A stretch of 64,000 nt of DNA, taken from the NCBI GenBank assembly GCA_016292455.1, contig JAEDIL010000001.1, positions 19,156 to 83,155 on the forward strand. The letters are read 5' to 3'. Shown piece by piece: positions 28,001-37,800 of this stretch (its first letter is position 1; the number at the start of each line of letters is the position of its first letter). The stretch is from Clostridiaceae bacterium. GTDB taxonomy: Bacteria; Bacillota; Clostridia; Oscillospirales; Acutalibacteraceae. The position numbers were made by a program, and so were the translations under genes. The notes under the pieces are model-generated. The model did no database searches and was not told the origin of the DNA. It was given only the letters and a program-made list of their open reading frames with translations.

Positions 28001-28859
28001 GGATACGGTCAAAGAGAGCAAGCTTCTTATTATATTTATAGCGTCCTACTCTTGAAAGGTCATAACGGCGTTCATCAAAGAAGAGACCTTCAAGGTGGCT
28101 TTGCGCACTCGAAAGTGTCGGCGGTTCGCCGGGACGGAGCTTTTTGTAGACTTCAATGAGCGCTTCCTCGGTGTTCCTTGTCGGATCCTTTTCAAAGGAG
28201 GCTTCAATTCTGTCGTCAAGACCGAAGAAATCGCGTATATCGCTGTTGGAGTTGAGACCGAGAGCGCGGATAAACGTGGTGATAGGTATTTTTCTGTTTT
28301 TATCAATGCGGACATAGAACAAATCGTTCTGGTCCGTTTCATATTCGAGCCATGCACCGCGGTTGGGTATGACGGTTGTTGTGAAGAGCTTTTTGCCGGT
28401 GACGTTGTGCGTCATTCCGAAATAAACACCGGGCGAACGGACAAGCTGAGAAACAATAACTCGCTCTGCGCCGTTGATGACGAAGGTTCCGCTGTCAGTC
28501 ATGAGCGGAAAATCGCCCATATAGACTTCGCTTTCCTTGACTTCGCCGGTTTCCTTGTTGTAAAGCCTTGCGGTAACGCGCATGGGGGCGGCGTAGGTTG
28601 CGTCGCGCTCCTTGCATTCCCTGACGGAATACTTGCTCTTTTTCTCCATGCGGTAATCAACAAAGCTGAGACTGAGGTTCCCGCTGAAATCGGTAATATC
28701 CTCAACGTCCCTCAGAACCTCTTTCAGACCGGTTTCAAGGAACCAACGATAGGAATCCTTCTGAACCTGAATGAGGTTCGGCATTTTCATTACCTCTTGG
28801 ATTTTACCAAAGCTCTTGCGAACATTGGTGCCGAGTTTCACATCGGTAACATTGACCAT
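25032..28859 (-). CDS. rpoB: DNA-directed RNA polymerase subunit beta with a 94-aa polyacidic C-terminal extension
   Basis: 1275 aa with canonical RpoB blocks ([28 protein letters not shown]). The tail, encoded at 25032-25316, is extremely Asp/Glu-rich. Confidence 0.97.
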   Translation of the reverse strand: MVNVTDVKLGTNVRKSFGKIQEVMKMPNLIQVQKDSYRWFLETGLKEVLRDVEDITDFSGNLSLSFVDYRMEKKSKYSVRECKERDATYAAPMRVTARLYNKETGEVKESEVYMGDFPLMTDSGTFVINGAERVIVSQLVRSPGVYFGMTHNVTGKKLFTTTVIPNRGAWLEYETDQNDLFYVRIDKNRKIPITTFIRALGLNSNSDIRDFFGLDDRIEASFEKDPTRNTEEALIEVYKKLRPGEPPTLSSAQSHLEGLFFDERRYDLSRVGRYKYNKKLALFDRIRGFRLAAPIVNELTGEIIAEEGELMTKQRAMEVTQSGAKVAYVQVEGREEPVKVISNQMVDILPFFPELTKKELCDIGINEHVRYTVLMDILPETEGMDKSEKLAFLESKGDELIPKHIIIDDIFASINYLNCLACGVGSADDIDHLGNRRIRSVGELLQNQFRVGFSRMERVVKERMTLQAQEPDKVTPQALINTRPVIAAVREFFGSSPLSQFMDQNNPLAELTHKRRLSALGPGGLSRDRAGFEVRDVHYSHYGRMCPIETPEGPNIGLISYLATFARINEYGFIEAPFRPVDKETGKVLDTYEYMTADVEDEYTVAQANEPLDEEGHFMRRKVNARHRDEFLEIEPTRVDYMDVSPKMVVSVATALIPFLENDDANRALMGSNMQRQAVPLLTCDSPMVGTGMEYKAATDSGVCVLAKRGGKVIYVSADRVDVLAEDNVVDTYNLIKFMRSNQGTCINQRPVVAVGDVIEEGQVVADGPATDHGELSLGKNALIGFMTWEGYNYEDAVLINEKLVRDDVYTSIHIEKYELEARDTKLGPEEITNDIPNVGDALKDLDERGIIRVGAEVHSGDILVGKVTPKGETELTAEERLLRAIFGEKAREVRDTSLRVPHGEYGIVVKVEEFTRENSDELNPGVNKVVRCYIAQKRKLQVGDKMAGRHGNKGVVSRILPQEDMPFLEDGTPLDIVLNPLGVPSRMNIGQVLEVHLGFACRELGWKIMTPVFDGAHEDDIRASLELAGLSTNGKSTLIDGRTGEKFDGDVTVGVMYFLKLHHLVDDKMHARSTGPYSLVTQQPLGGKAQFGGQRFGEMEVWALEAYGAAYTLQEILTVKSDDVVGRVKTYEAIVNGENIPKAGVPESFKVLIKELQSLGLDIKVLDADENEIDLKQNLDTDDGVTLHKYNRHRDEDAGVYEDKEADEELEDDSDLEEDSDLSDDESFDLDFDEEDEEEDEEEKPFDYNEFFNEINPTVNDAGFDSGFVPDADE

Positions 28860-28933
28860 TCGCTTATCACTCCACGTTTTTATTTGCCTTGCGCGGCATA
28901 CGCTGTGCCCTGCACAGAAGATGAAAAAATCTA

Positions 28934-28962
28934 TTGACTTTTCGCTTTATAAATGCTATCAT
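28934..28962 (+). promoter_or_regulatory. strong plus-strand promoter-like element inside the rpoB leader (antisense orientation)
   Basis: TTGACT (28934-28939), 17 nt, then TGcTATCAT (an extended -10, with TATCAT at 28957-28962). Confidence 0.45.
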
Positions 28963-28968
28963 GCTCTT

Positions 28969-29115
28969 GTGAAAAGGTAAAAAGGGCACAAGGGCACATT
29001 TTCACATTATAAGTTCTGTCATACTATCACAATCCGTTGTGCAAAGTCAAGCATTTTGTGTAAATTTTTTGAATTTTTTCTTCAATTCCGCCATTTTGGC
29101 GGCTTTCTTCTTTTT
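28969..29115 (+). ncRNA. candidate ~150-nt non-coding transcript antisense to the rpoB promoter and 5' leader
   Basis: Bounded by the promoter at 28934-28962 and the hairpin ccgcca/tggcgg (29088-29102) followed by ctttcttcttttt. No ATG-initiated ORF lies inside. This is a prediction only. Confidence 0.3.
29021..29050 (-). promoter_or_regulatory. candidate rpoB-rpoC promoter
   Basis: On the minus strand: TTGACT (29050-29045), 18 nt, then TGaTAGTAT (an extended -10, with TAGTAT at 29026-29021). The leader to the rpoB ATG is about 150 nt. Confidence 0.55.
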
Positions 29116-29149
29116 ATATTGTGGTTTTGGATTATTAAAATCAAAAATC

Positions 29150-29205
29150 AACCGCCGTTTTCCCTTGCCGGGCTTCAAGACCCGGAGCCGGAACAAACGG
29201 CGGTT
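29150..29205 (-). terminator. terminator or attenuator after the Zn-ribbon micro-gene
   Basis: aaccgccgttt pairs with aaacggcggtt, enclosing an inner gccgggc...gcccggc-type hairpin. On the minus strand it is followed by gatttttgatttt. Confidence 0.55.
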
Positions 29206-29226
29206 GTTTGCTGATCTGTTCATTTT

Positions 29227-29427
29227 TTACCTAAAAACACGAGGCAACGTGGATAAAAACTTTCTTTTTCCTTTTTTCTCTTTCAAAGCAGGTGCGACCT
29301 TTTCCGTCGGTGAAGCTTCGGAAAAAACCTGCCCTTCGCAGTCAGAACAGACCTGTCTGCCTTCCGGAATCTCTCTTCCGCAGCAGACACAGTATTCCGA
29401 TTTATAAACATACAGGTTCTTCTCCAT
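29227..29427 (-). CDS. small zinc-ribbon protein (66 aa), unknown function
   Basis: GGGGG RBS 8 nt upstream. Contains CVCCGREIPEGRQVCSDC (CxxC...CxxC-like) and a basic tail, KEKKGKRKF. Confidence 0.55.
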   Translation of the reverse strand: MEKNLYVYKSEYCVCCGREIPEGRQVCSDCEGQVFSEASPTEKVAPALKEKKGKRKFLSTLPRVFR

Positions 29428-29476
29428 TCAGATTACCCCCAACCATATTGGAAACTTAATTCCAAATCACATACAC

Positions 29477-29505
29477 AATATATCACAAGGTTCTGAATTT
29501 GTGAA
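29477..29505 (-). promoter_or_regulatory. promoter of the Zn-ribbon micro-gene
   Basis: On the minus strand: TTCACA (29505-29500), 17 nt, then TGaTATATT (extended -10, 29485-29477). Confidence 0.5.
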
Positions 29506-29613
29506 GAGTTTTCACTTAATTTGTGTTAAATTTTTTCACCAAAATCCGACATCATTCTTTCCGCTGTGACGTTTTCCGGGCAATAACGCGTTGCCGACCG
29601 GGCAGCGCCGCAG

Positions 29614-29664
29614 AAAAAAAGCCGCAATCACAAAAGCGTTTCTCGCTGCCTTTGAATTGCGGCT
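29614..29664 (-). terminator. terminator after sigA
   Basis: gccgcaat (29621-29628) pairs with attgcggc (29657-29664). The A7 run at 29614-29620 gives a U-run on the minus strand. The loop is long. Confidence 0.6.
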
Positions 29665-29718
29665 TTCCCTGTTTTTACCTTCTTTTGCCGCCGCTAAATA
29701 CGGCGTTCTCACCTGATA

Positions 29719-30810
29719 TTAAAGGTCTTTCAGATGCTTGCTTCTGCTCGGGTGACGCAGCTTGCGAAGTGCCTTGGCTTCAATCTGGCGGATACGCTCG
29801 CGGGTAACGTTGAACGCCTTGCCGACTTCTTCAAGCGTCTGCGGCGTGCCGTCTTTCAGACCGAAGCGCAGGCGAAGAACCTCCGCTTCACGGGGAGTAA
29901 GCGTTGAGAGGACCTCGTTGACCTTGGTTTTGAGGAATGTCATTGCTGCTGCGTCCGCAGGAGAAAGCGCGTCCTCATCGGGAATAAAGTCGCCAAGGTG
30001 GCTGTCCTCCTCCTCACCGATGGGAGTTTCGAGTGAAACCGGCTCCTGAGATATTCTGAGAATATCGCGGACCTTGTCCACCGGCATTGAAAGCTCAACC
30101 GCAATATCTTCGGGGGTCGGATCCTTTCCGTCGCGATGAAGGAGCATATTGCTGGTTTTCTTGACCTTATTTATAGTTTCAACCATGTGAACCGGAATAC
30201 GGATTGTTCTGCCCTGGTCGGCAATTGCCCTTGTGATTGCCTGACGGATCCACCACGTTGCGTAGGTTGAAAACTTAAAGCCCTTTGTGTAATCAAACTT
30301 ATCCACTGCCTTGATAAGACCGAGGTTACCCTCCTGAATGAGGTCAAGGAACATCATTCCTCTTCCGACATATCTCTTTGCAATGCTGACAACAAGACGA
30401 AGATTTGCCTTTGTGAGCCTGTCCTTTGCTTCCTGGTCGTTGTCGGCAATGCGGATTGCAAGTTCAATTTCTTCTTCGGGAGTCAGAAGAGGAACCCTGC
30501 CTATGTCTTTGAGATAAACTTTTACGGGGTCATCAATAACTGCGCCTTTGTTGTCTGCCGAAAGCGGTGCATTATCGTAGCCTTTGGGAATGTCAATATC
30601 CATTGAGATGCTTTCGAGCATCTCGTCTCCGAGATCGTCAACAATTTCAATTCCGTGACTTTCAAGGGTTGAATAAAGCTTTTCAAGCTCCTCAATGTCA
30701 ATGTCAGCTTCAACAAGAACCGTATCAATATCGGTTGAATTGAGCTTTCCGGTCGCAATGCCCTTGTCAATGAGAGCCTTGACCATTGCTTTTTTCTCTG
30801 AGTTTTCCAT
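29719..30810 (-). CDS. rpoD: primary RNA polymerase sigma factor
   Basis: Start at the ATG at 30810 (AAAGGAAG upstream). Regions 2 to 4 are recognisable ([53 protein letters not shown]). Confidence 0.95.
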   Translation of the reverse strand: MENSEKKAMVKALIDKGIATGKLNSTDIDTVLVEADIDIEELEKLYSTLESHGIEIVDDLGDEMLESISMDIDIPKGYDNAPLSADNKGAVIDDPVKVYLKDIGRVPLLTPEEEIELAIRIADNDQEAKDRLTKANLRLVVSIAKRYVGRGMMFLDLIQEGNLGLIKAVDKFDYTKGFKFSTYATWWIRQAITRAIADQGRTIRIPVHMVETINKVKKTSNMLLHRDGKDPTPEDIAVELSMPVDKVRDILRISQEPVSLETPIGEEEDSHLGDFIPDEDALSPADAAAMTFLKTKVNEVLSTLTPREAEVLRLRFGLKDGTPQTLEEVGKAFNVTRERIRQIEAKALRKLRHPSRSKHLKDL

Positions 30811-30881
30811 AGATAACAACTTCCTTTCATTTTCCGCTTCGTCCGGACAATTATTTATTCTTTGCGGTATTTATCGTGATA

Positions 30882-32660
30882 TTACTTTCCCTTTTTATTT
30901 TTTACAAGCTTTTCAAACTGCGCCTTATATTCTTCGTCGCTCATTTTTGAAACGTCAACGGTGCTTTGAATCTTCTGCTGCGCCTCGTTTTCAAGAACCC
31001 CAACACAGTCAAGCAGCTCCTTTTTTGTTCCGAAGCAGCCCTCGCTCTGTTTGAGGAGTCTGACAAGCTCGTCCATTTCCTGAGGAGAAAGCTCGCCGGA
31101 GAAAAGAGTCAGCTCAAAGCCTGAATTTTCCTTTGCGCGCGCGCTCATGAACCTGAATATCCTGCCGAGATGCGGCACCGTAAAGCTTTCCTCGCTCAGC
31201 CGTTCGCTGACGGCTGGGAAAAAACCCGGATTGTTATAAAGCAGAGATATTATTCTTTCCTGCGCCCTGACCGCTCGGACAGCAGTGTCGCCGTGAAGCT
31301 TCAGCTTTGTCATGCGCGTCATTGATTCACGCTGAATGTCTTCATACCTTTTCTTTTCGTTTCTCAAAGCATTATTCCTTTTCAGCTGACTTATACGCGC
31401 GGTTATCGCCGTTTTTTCAACATTCAGCTCCTCGGCAAGCCGGGACACATAAACCTCAACGGCAATTGAATTCTTAACCTTTGAAAGAATCTCAGCCGCA
31501 AGGGAAAGATAGCGAACCTTTCCGTCCGAGGATTCAAGGTCAAGACCCTCCCGCGCTTTCAGAAGCGCAAATTCAATATCATTTTCCGCACCCTCAATGA
31601 GCTTCCGGAATTTTTCCGCGCCGAAATTTTTGAGAATTTCGTCAGGATCTTTTCCGCCGCTCAGACGGATAACGCGCATCTTCATGCCGATTGAAGAAAA
31701 AACGTCAATTGCCCGCCCGGTTGCCTTTCGTCCGGCTTCATCGTTGTCATAGCATATAAGAATTTCATCGGCATAGCGCGAAAGAAGATGAGCCATTTCG
31801 CCGGTGAGAGCCGTTCCGAGACACGCAATTGAATTCGTGAAGCCCGCCTGATGCAAAGCAATTGCGTCCATATATCCCTCAACGAGAATTAACGAACTCT
31901 CCTTTGAGTTTTTTGCAAAATTCAGTCCGAAAACGCCGAGACTTTTTTTATAAACGGGTGTGTCGGAGGTGTTTATATATTTTGGCTTACTGTCGTCAAG
32001 AACGCGGCCGCCGAAAGCAACAACGTTTCCGCGCGGGTCGATTATCGGAACCATCACGCGGTTACGGAAGTTATCATAAAACGAAGCTTTTCCGTTTTTC
32101 TCGCTTTTGTTTGCAAGATTGGCTTCATAGATTTCCTCGTATGAATAGCCCTTCTGACGAAGATGCGTCAGTAGCGCTCTCCATTCGTCAGGCGCATAGC
32201 CGAGCCCGAAGCGTTTGATTGTTTTCGCCGAATAGCCGCGCCGCTTATAATATTCAAGCGCCGCCCTGCCCTTTTCGCCCATCAGACTTTCATGGAAAAA
32301 CCTTGCGGCCTCCCTGTTCATCTCATATATTCTTCTCCGCCTTTGCGCCATGGAATCGTCAAAGCCGTCAGAGGGCATTGCCATTCCGGTCCGGTCGCAA
32401 AGAAAACGGACAGCCTCATGAAAGTCAAGATTTTCAACTCTCCTTATGAAGCTGACAACCTCGCCGCCTGCGCCGCAGCCGAAGCAATAAAAGCTTCCGT
32501 TCTCCGGATAAACGGTGAACGAAGGAGTTTTTTCGTTGTGAAACGGGCAGAGTCCGACAAGGTTTCTGCCGCGCCGTTTGAGTTGGACATAGCCGGATAT
32601 AATATCCGTAATATCACAGCGCATACGAAGTTCCATCAGAAAATCGTCGCTTATCCTCAT
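30882..32660 (-). CDS. dnaG: DNA primase
   Basis: Start at the ATG at 32660 (GGAGGTG upstream). Contains the Zn finger CPFHNEKTPSFTVYPENGSFYCFGCGAGG and the TOPRIM motif ILVEGYMD. Confidence 0.95.
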   Translation of the reverse strand: MRISDDFLMELRMRCDITDIISGYVQLKRRGRNLVGLCPFHNEKTPSFTVYPENGSFYCFGCGAGGEVVSFIRRVENLDFHEAVRFLCDRTGMAMPSDGFDDSMAQRRRRIYEMNREAARFFHESLMGEKGRAALEYYKRRGYSAKTIKRFGLGYAPDEWRALLTHLRQKGYSYEEIYEANLANKSEKNGKASFYDNFRNRVMVPIIDPRGNVVAFGGRVLDDSKPKYINTSDTPVYKKSLGVFGLNFAKNSKESSLILVEGYMDAIALHQAGFTNSIACLGTALTGEMAHLLSRYADEILICYDNDEAGRKATGRAIDVFSSIGMKMRVIRLSGGKDPDEILKNFGAEKFRKLIEGAENDIEFALLKAREGLDLESSDGKVRYLSLAAEILSKVKNSIAVEVYVSRLAEELNVEKTAITARISQLKRNNALRNEKKRYEDIQRESMTRMTKLKLHGDTAVRAVRAQERIISLLYNNPGFFPAVSERLSEESFTVPHLGRIFRFMSARAKENSGFELTLFSGELSPQEMDELVRLLKQSEGCFGTKKELLDCVGVLENEAQQKIQSTVDVSKMSDEEYKAQFEKLVKNKKGK

Positions 32661-32713
32661 CTTTCTCACCTCCGTCTGAAAACCCGTCCTGTGTTTTTAT
32701 CTGTACACCGTTG

Positions 32714-33712
32714 TTATCCCTGCCATGAAGAAGGGATAAAGTATTTTGAAAAGGTTTTGAGCGCGTAGCCGTCCGTCATTCCGGCAATGTAATCACACAC
32801 CGCTCTTTCAGTGCCCTCGCGCCATGCTATTGATATGTATTCATTGGGAAGCTCATCCGGATGCTCGCAGAAGAAATAAAACAGCTGCCGAAGCATTGCA
32901 ATTGCTTTGCCCTCCTCGCTTTTGCAAACGGGATTTGTGTAAACCCGTTCAAACATAAACTCATGAAGAATGTCAAAAGCGCCCTTGATTTCCGGATCAA
33001 GGCAGATTTCGTCCTTTGTGTTCCTGATTGCGGAAAGAACAAGTGTGTTTATCCGTTCGCTTTTGCTTTTTCCGAGAATTCTTCTCACATCCGGCGGAAT
33101 GCTCTCTTCGCTGAGAACCCCGCCCCGCTCCGCGTCATCAATGTCGTGGTTAATATATGCAATTCTGTCCGCAAGCTTGACTATCCGTCCTTCAAGGGTG
33201 TCAGCCTCTTTTCCGCGGGTATGGCAAAGAATACCGTCCCGCACTTCATAAGTCAGGTTGAGCCCTTTTCCCTCTTTCTCAATGACATCCACCACGCGCA
33301 GGCTCTGCTCAAAATGTCTGAACCCGTCGTCCATAACGGTGTTAAGCGCACGCTCCCCTGCATGACCGAAAGGTGTGTGTCCAAGGTCATGGCCGAGGGC
33401 AATGGCTTCGGTAAGGTCTTCGTTGAGCGAAAGACCGACTGCAATAGTCCGCGCAATCTGAGCCACTTCAAGGGTATGAGTGAGCCGCGTTCTGTAATGG
33501 TCGCTGTCCGGAGAAAGAAAAACCTGCGTTTTGTGTTTGAGACGGCGGAAAGCGCTGCAATGAATAATTCTGTCTCTGTCCCGCTGAAAAGCGGTGCGGA
33601 CAGAGCATTCCTCTTCCTCGCGCTGCCTTCCCTTTGTGTTCCGGCAAAGGCAGGCATATTGACTGAGCACTCTGCTTTCGTTTTCAAGCGTCCTGAGCCT
33701 TATTTCGTCCAC
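32714..33712 (-). CDS. dGTP triphosphohydrolase-like HD-domain protein
   Basis: RDRDRIIHCSAFRRLKHKTQVF, HYRTRLTHTLEVAQIAR, GHDLGHTPFGHAGE. Confidence 0.85.
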   Translation of the reverse strand: MDEIRLRTLENESRVLSQYACLCRNTKGRQREEEECSVRTAFQRDRDRIIHCSAFRRLKHKTQVFLSPDSDHYRTRLTHTLEVAQIARTIAVGLSLNEDLTEAIALGHDLGHTPFGHAGERALNTVMDDGFRHFEQSLRVVDVIEKEGKGLNLTYEVRDGILCHTRGKEADTLEGRIVKLADRIAYINHDIDDAERGGVLSEESIPPDVRRILGKSKSERINTLVLSAIRNTKDEICLDPEIKGAFDILHEFMFERVYTNPVCKSEEGKAIAMLRQLFYFFCEHPDELPNEYISIAWREGTERAVCDYIAGMTDGYALKTFSKYFIPSSWQG

Positions 33713-33772
33713 AAAACAACCTCCCTCGTCTCAGTCTCTACATATATATACGGTTTTTTTCGCGCTTTCCCC

Positions 33773-34393
33773 CTAAATTTTTAAATATTTTTCGCCGGTT
33801 ACCCTGCACCTGATTTTTCCGCAGCTTTTGTCAAAAATTGCCGCATCAAGGAATTCAAAGCTCTCCGCCGGGATTCTGAATGTCAGACGTACATTTTCGG
33901 AAAAATCAACGTCCTCAATAATTCCGCCGTTCTCGCAGATGAGAGGCTGAATCCGTCCGTAAAAATTATAGTCGCAGGTGACATCCGCAAGCCGGCAAAG
34001 CGCAACGGTAATTATTCCTGCGCTCTCAATTCCGATTTTCGCCGTATGGGTATATGCACGGACAAGCCCGTTTGCACCGAGCAGCGTTCCCCCGAAATAT
34101 CTCGTTGCAACAAGCACACAGTCCGTCAGCTCCTCTTTGAGAAGAACGTCAAGCACCGGCATTCCCGCCGTACCCTGCGGCTCGCCGTCGTCGCTGTAAC
34201 GGCGGATTTGCCCTTCTCTCAGGCAGTAAGCATATACATTGTGCCTTGCGTCGCGGTGCTTTGCCTTGATTGAGTTGATGAACTCAACCGCCTGTTCGTT
34301 TGTCTGAACCGGCGCGGCATAGCCGATGAAACGTGATTTTTTGACAACGAACTCATCGCTTGCCGCCTTTTCAAGGGTTTTATAGCTGTTCAA
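33773..34393 (-). CDS. yigZ: YigZ/IMPACT-family protein
   Basis: A TTG start at 34393 with AGGAGG 7 nt upstream is preferred over the track start at 34450, because the rpmE terminator lies inside that extension. Motif KKSRFIGYAAPV. Confidence 0.75.
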   Translation of the reverse strand: MNSYKTLEKAASDEFVVKKSRFIGYAAPVQTNEQAVEFINSIKAKHRDARHNVYAYCLREGQIRRYSDDGEPQGTAGMPVLDVLLKEELTDCVLVATRYFGGTLLGANGLVRAYTHTAKIGIESAGIITVALCRLADVTCDYNFYGRIQPLICENGGIIEDVDFSENVRLTFRIPAESFEFLDAAIFDKSCGKIRCRVTGEKYLKI

Positions 34394-34423
34394 ACGGTTG
34401 CCCTCCTTTTTTTGAAATACACA

Positions 34424-34456
34424 AGAAAAAAAGGCGGAACAATCGAGCACCGCCTT
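34424..34456 (-). terminator. terminator after rpmE
   Basis: aaggcgg (34431-34437) pairs with ccgcctt (34450-34456), and the upstream A-run gives a U-run on the minus strand. Confidence 0.65.
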
Positions 34457-34478
34457 AATTCACAATCAAACTGCAAAA

Positions 34479-34688
34479 TTATTTTTTCTTTGCAAGGTTG
34501 AAACGCTTATTGAACCTGTCAACACGTCCGCCTGTATCAACGAGCTTCTGCTTGCCGGTGAAGAACGGGTGGCAGTTGGAGCAAATATCAACGCGAAGGT
34601 CCTTCTTGGTTGAACCGGTCTCGATGGTTGCGCCGCAAGCACACTTTACAGTCGTCTGTTCATACTTGGGATGAATTCCCTCTTTCAT
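34479..34688 (-). CDS. rpmE: 50S ribosomal protein L31 (Cys-containing, Zn-type)
   Basis: [19 protein letters not shown]...[13 protein letters not shown]. Confidence 0.95.
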   Translation of the reverse strand: MKEGIHPKYEQTTVKCACGATIETGSTKKDLRVDICSNCHPFFTGKQKLVDTGGRVDRFNKRFNLAKKK

Positions 34689-34748
34689 TATGTTTCACCT
34701 CTTTCGTCAAAAAGACATTATGAAATGTTACTATCAACATACCGCAGT

Positions 34749-34777
34749 ATTGTAGCACACATTATTTTAAAAATCAA
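34749..34777 (-). promoter_or_regulatory. rpmE promoter
   Basis: On the minus strand: TTGATT (34777-34772), 17 nt, then TGcTACAAT (extended -10, with TACAAT at 34754-34749). Confidence 0.6.
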
Positions 34778-34805
34778 CAATTTTTCTAAATTTTTTTGAA
34801 GCGGT

Positions 34806-37800
34806 TCAGCTAACCTCAATTTCCTTTCCAAGATAGAAGGAGTAAAGCAGCGTCCGCGAAACTTCAAGCCCCGTGCAAAGCGCAAGAGCCTCCTTGTAGG
34901 TTCTGACCTGAGAAGAATACTTTTCGCAGAATTCCTCCTCGGTTTCGAGCCGGTCGGTTTTGTAATCAACAACAACCAGCTTTCCGTCTTCAAGAAAAAC
35001 GCAGTCCGCAATACCCTGAATCATCACTTTTTCATCTTCAAAGCGCGAAAGTGCCGGATATACCTTTGAAATTGGCACACTGATTGTGAACTTCTTTTCT
35101 CTCATGACAAGGCTGCTTGAGAGAATCCGCTTTGCAAGATCGCTTTCAAAAAACGCTCTGACCTGCTTTCTGTTGATTGAATTTTTCTGCGCCTCTGTCA
35201 AAAGTCCGCGTTCAAAAACAGCCTCAATTTCGTCTTCAAGGTTGCAGGCAGCGTTTTTGTAATCCGCGAACTGCATGAATGAATGGGTGGCAATGCCCCT
35301 TTGGGCGCCGGTCAGCTTTCCTCCGGAAAGGAACGCAGGTCTTGAAGAAGCAAAGTATTCGCGGTCAACAGCGTTTTTGTCAACCTCCGAGGCCGCGCGC
35401 TTGCTGACAACAAAGGAAAGCTCCTCATAGTCATACCGCCACGAAAACCTTTCTTCAAGCTCTGAAAGAAGTCTGCCGTCCGCCGGAGCGGCTGCCGTTG
35501 TTTCGCCTGAGTCCGCCTTTTCAAAGCCGTCTGTTATAACAACTTTGAAAGGAAAATCGCTTTCAAGAACAATTTCTTCCCCGATACCGGCATTTTTCCG
35601 CAGTTCTTTTGCGTCCCTGTGGCGCAGAAAAGCGGTAAGCAGCCAGTCCGTATAGCTCGCCGCAAGCGAGCAGGCAAAGGGCGTAATCTGCTCTGACGCC
35701 GGGTCAATCAGTGAAGCGCATTTCTGAACTTTCTTTTCAACGTCGTCCTCGGCGGCGACAAGAATAAGCTTTTCCCCGGCTCTCGTCATTGCAACATAGA
35801 GCACCCTCATTTCCTCCGAAACGGTGTCATCGCGCAAAGCCTTTGCAACTGCCTTATGGCAGACGGTCGGATACTGAGCCATTGTTGCCTCGTCTCGGCG
35901 GACAAGTCCGAGACCTTTCAGCGGACTTATCACGGCGTTTTTCACTTCGTCGCTGCGGTTGAACTGAGTTGAGCAGCCGGCAACGATGCAGACCGGGAAT
36001 TCAAGTCCCTTTGATTTATGAATGGTCATTATTCTCACAACATCCGCGTCAGCCGAAACGCCGACCGCACCGGGAAGATCTCCGCTTGTTTTTTCGAGCC
36101 GGTCGATAAAACGGATAAAGCCGGAGAACGAAGAATAACCCGCCTTTTCATATATATCCGCGTAATCAAGCAAAAGCATGAGGTTTTCTCTTTTTGCACC
36201 CGAGCCTTTGACGGAACGGACAATGCAGTCAATTCCCGTTTCGTCATAAATCATTCTCACAAAATCTCCGACGCTCATGCAAACGCCGACTCTGCGCCAG
36301 CGCTCAATTCTTTCAAGCAGAGCAATGCTCTTTTTTTCTCCCCTCTCCCGCGCGGCAAGCAGGCAGGAATATATGCTTTTTCCGCGGCAGTTTATACGGA
36401 GGTCTGCACATTCATCCGGTGTGAACCCGAACAGAACAGACATCATTATTCCAAGCAGAGCAATGTCCTGCTCAGGATTATCAACAACCCTGAGAACATT
36501 GAGAAGCAGCCGCACTTCGTTAGCCGTAAAGAATTCGGCGTCAAGCTGGGTAAAGCATGGAATTCCTCTTTTTCTGAGTGCTTCGGCATAGGTTATCCCC
36601 TTTTTTCCGCCGACGGCACGCATAAGAATACATATATCCTTATATTGTACGGGGCGCTCACCGCCGTTTTCCGCCCTGACGGTGCAGCCGCCCCGAACAA
36701 GCTTTTCAACAATTGAAGCAACATACTCAGCCTGAAAAACAAGCTTTGCGTCTGATTCGGTTTTGTCAATATTTCCGGTTTCAAGAATATGCAGTTCGCA
36801 ACATTCGTCCTCTTTTTCACCGTAATCTGCCGAGAAAACAAGTTTTTCTTCCTCGCCGTAATCAACGCCGCCCATTTTTTCACTCATGAGCTGAGAGAAA
36901 ACAAAATTGACCGCTCCGGTTACGCTTTTCCGGCTGCGGAAATTGTTTTTAAGTATAATTTTAGCCGGATAGTTTTCCTTTTCCCTCTCATAAACCGGCA
37001 AGGCATTTTTAAGCTCAATAAAAATCTCGGGCATTGCCTGACGGAAGCGATAAATGCTCTGCTTAACGTCTCCGACTCTGAAAAGGTTGTTGTTTCCGAG
37101 CGCCTCAAAAATCATGTCCTGAGCCTTGTTTGTATCCTGATATTCATCAATCAGGATTTCATCAAAAGAATTTTTAAGCTCCTCGGCAAGCGGCGTAATC
37201 TCAAATCCGTCTGCACTCTCGCGCACAAGCAGTTCCAGCGCATAGTGGGTAACGTCTGAAAAATCGGCAAGCTGCTTTTCCTTTTTTAGCTGCGAAAAAT
37301 GGAAAGCATAGCTTTTCACCGCCGAGCAAAGACTTTTCACCATCGGTGAAAAAAACCTCATATCGTCCTCAAACTCCCGTTCGGAACAGCAAAAAAGGCT
37401 TGGGAGGGTCTTTTTGAAAATGTCCTTGATTCTTTCGCGGCTTGAACAAAGGAAAGCAATTTCGCTGCTGTCTGCAAACTCTTTCGGAGTGTTTCCGCGC
37501 CGCTTCATTTCAAACGCGGCAATTGCACGGCAGGTTTTGTCCCAGTCATTCTCCGCGAGACATTCCGCAACATATCTTATCTGCGCTTCATCACTTTCAA
37601 TTGCGGGAAGAAAAGCTTTTTCAAGCGAATCACAGCCGCAGACGGTTCTTTTCATTGCCGCAGCCGTTTCCTTGCAATATTCCGCCGCGCTTTTCGCATA
37701 ATCAATAATAACTTTTCCGAAAACGCTTTCCGCGGCGCAGGAAGCCTTTTCATATTCACCGCAGATTCCGTCAAGCCAGCTTTCCGGAAAAGGATAGGAC

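Noticed and set aside
29039-29407. A 122-aa plus-strand ORF downstream of the antisense promoter.
   Set aside because: It has a GTG start without an RBS and is Phe/Leu-rich and low-complexity. It runs through two terminator hairpins and lies antisense to the better-supported Zn-ribbon gene.
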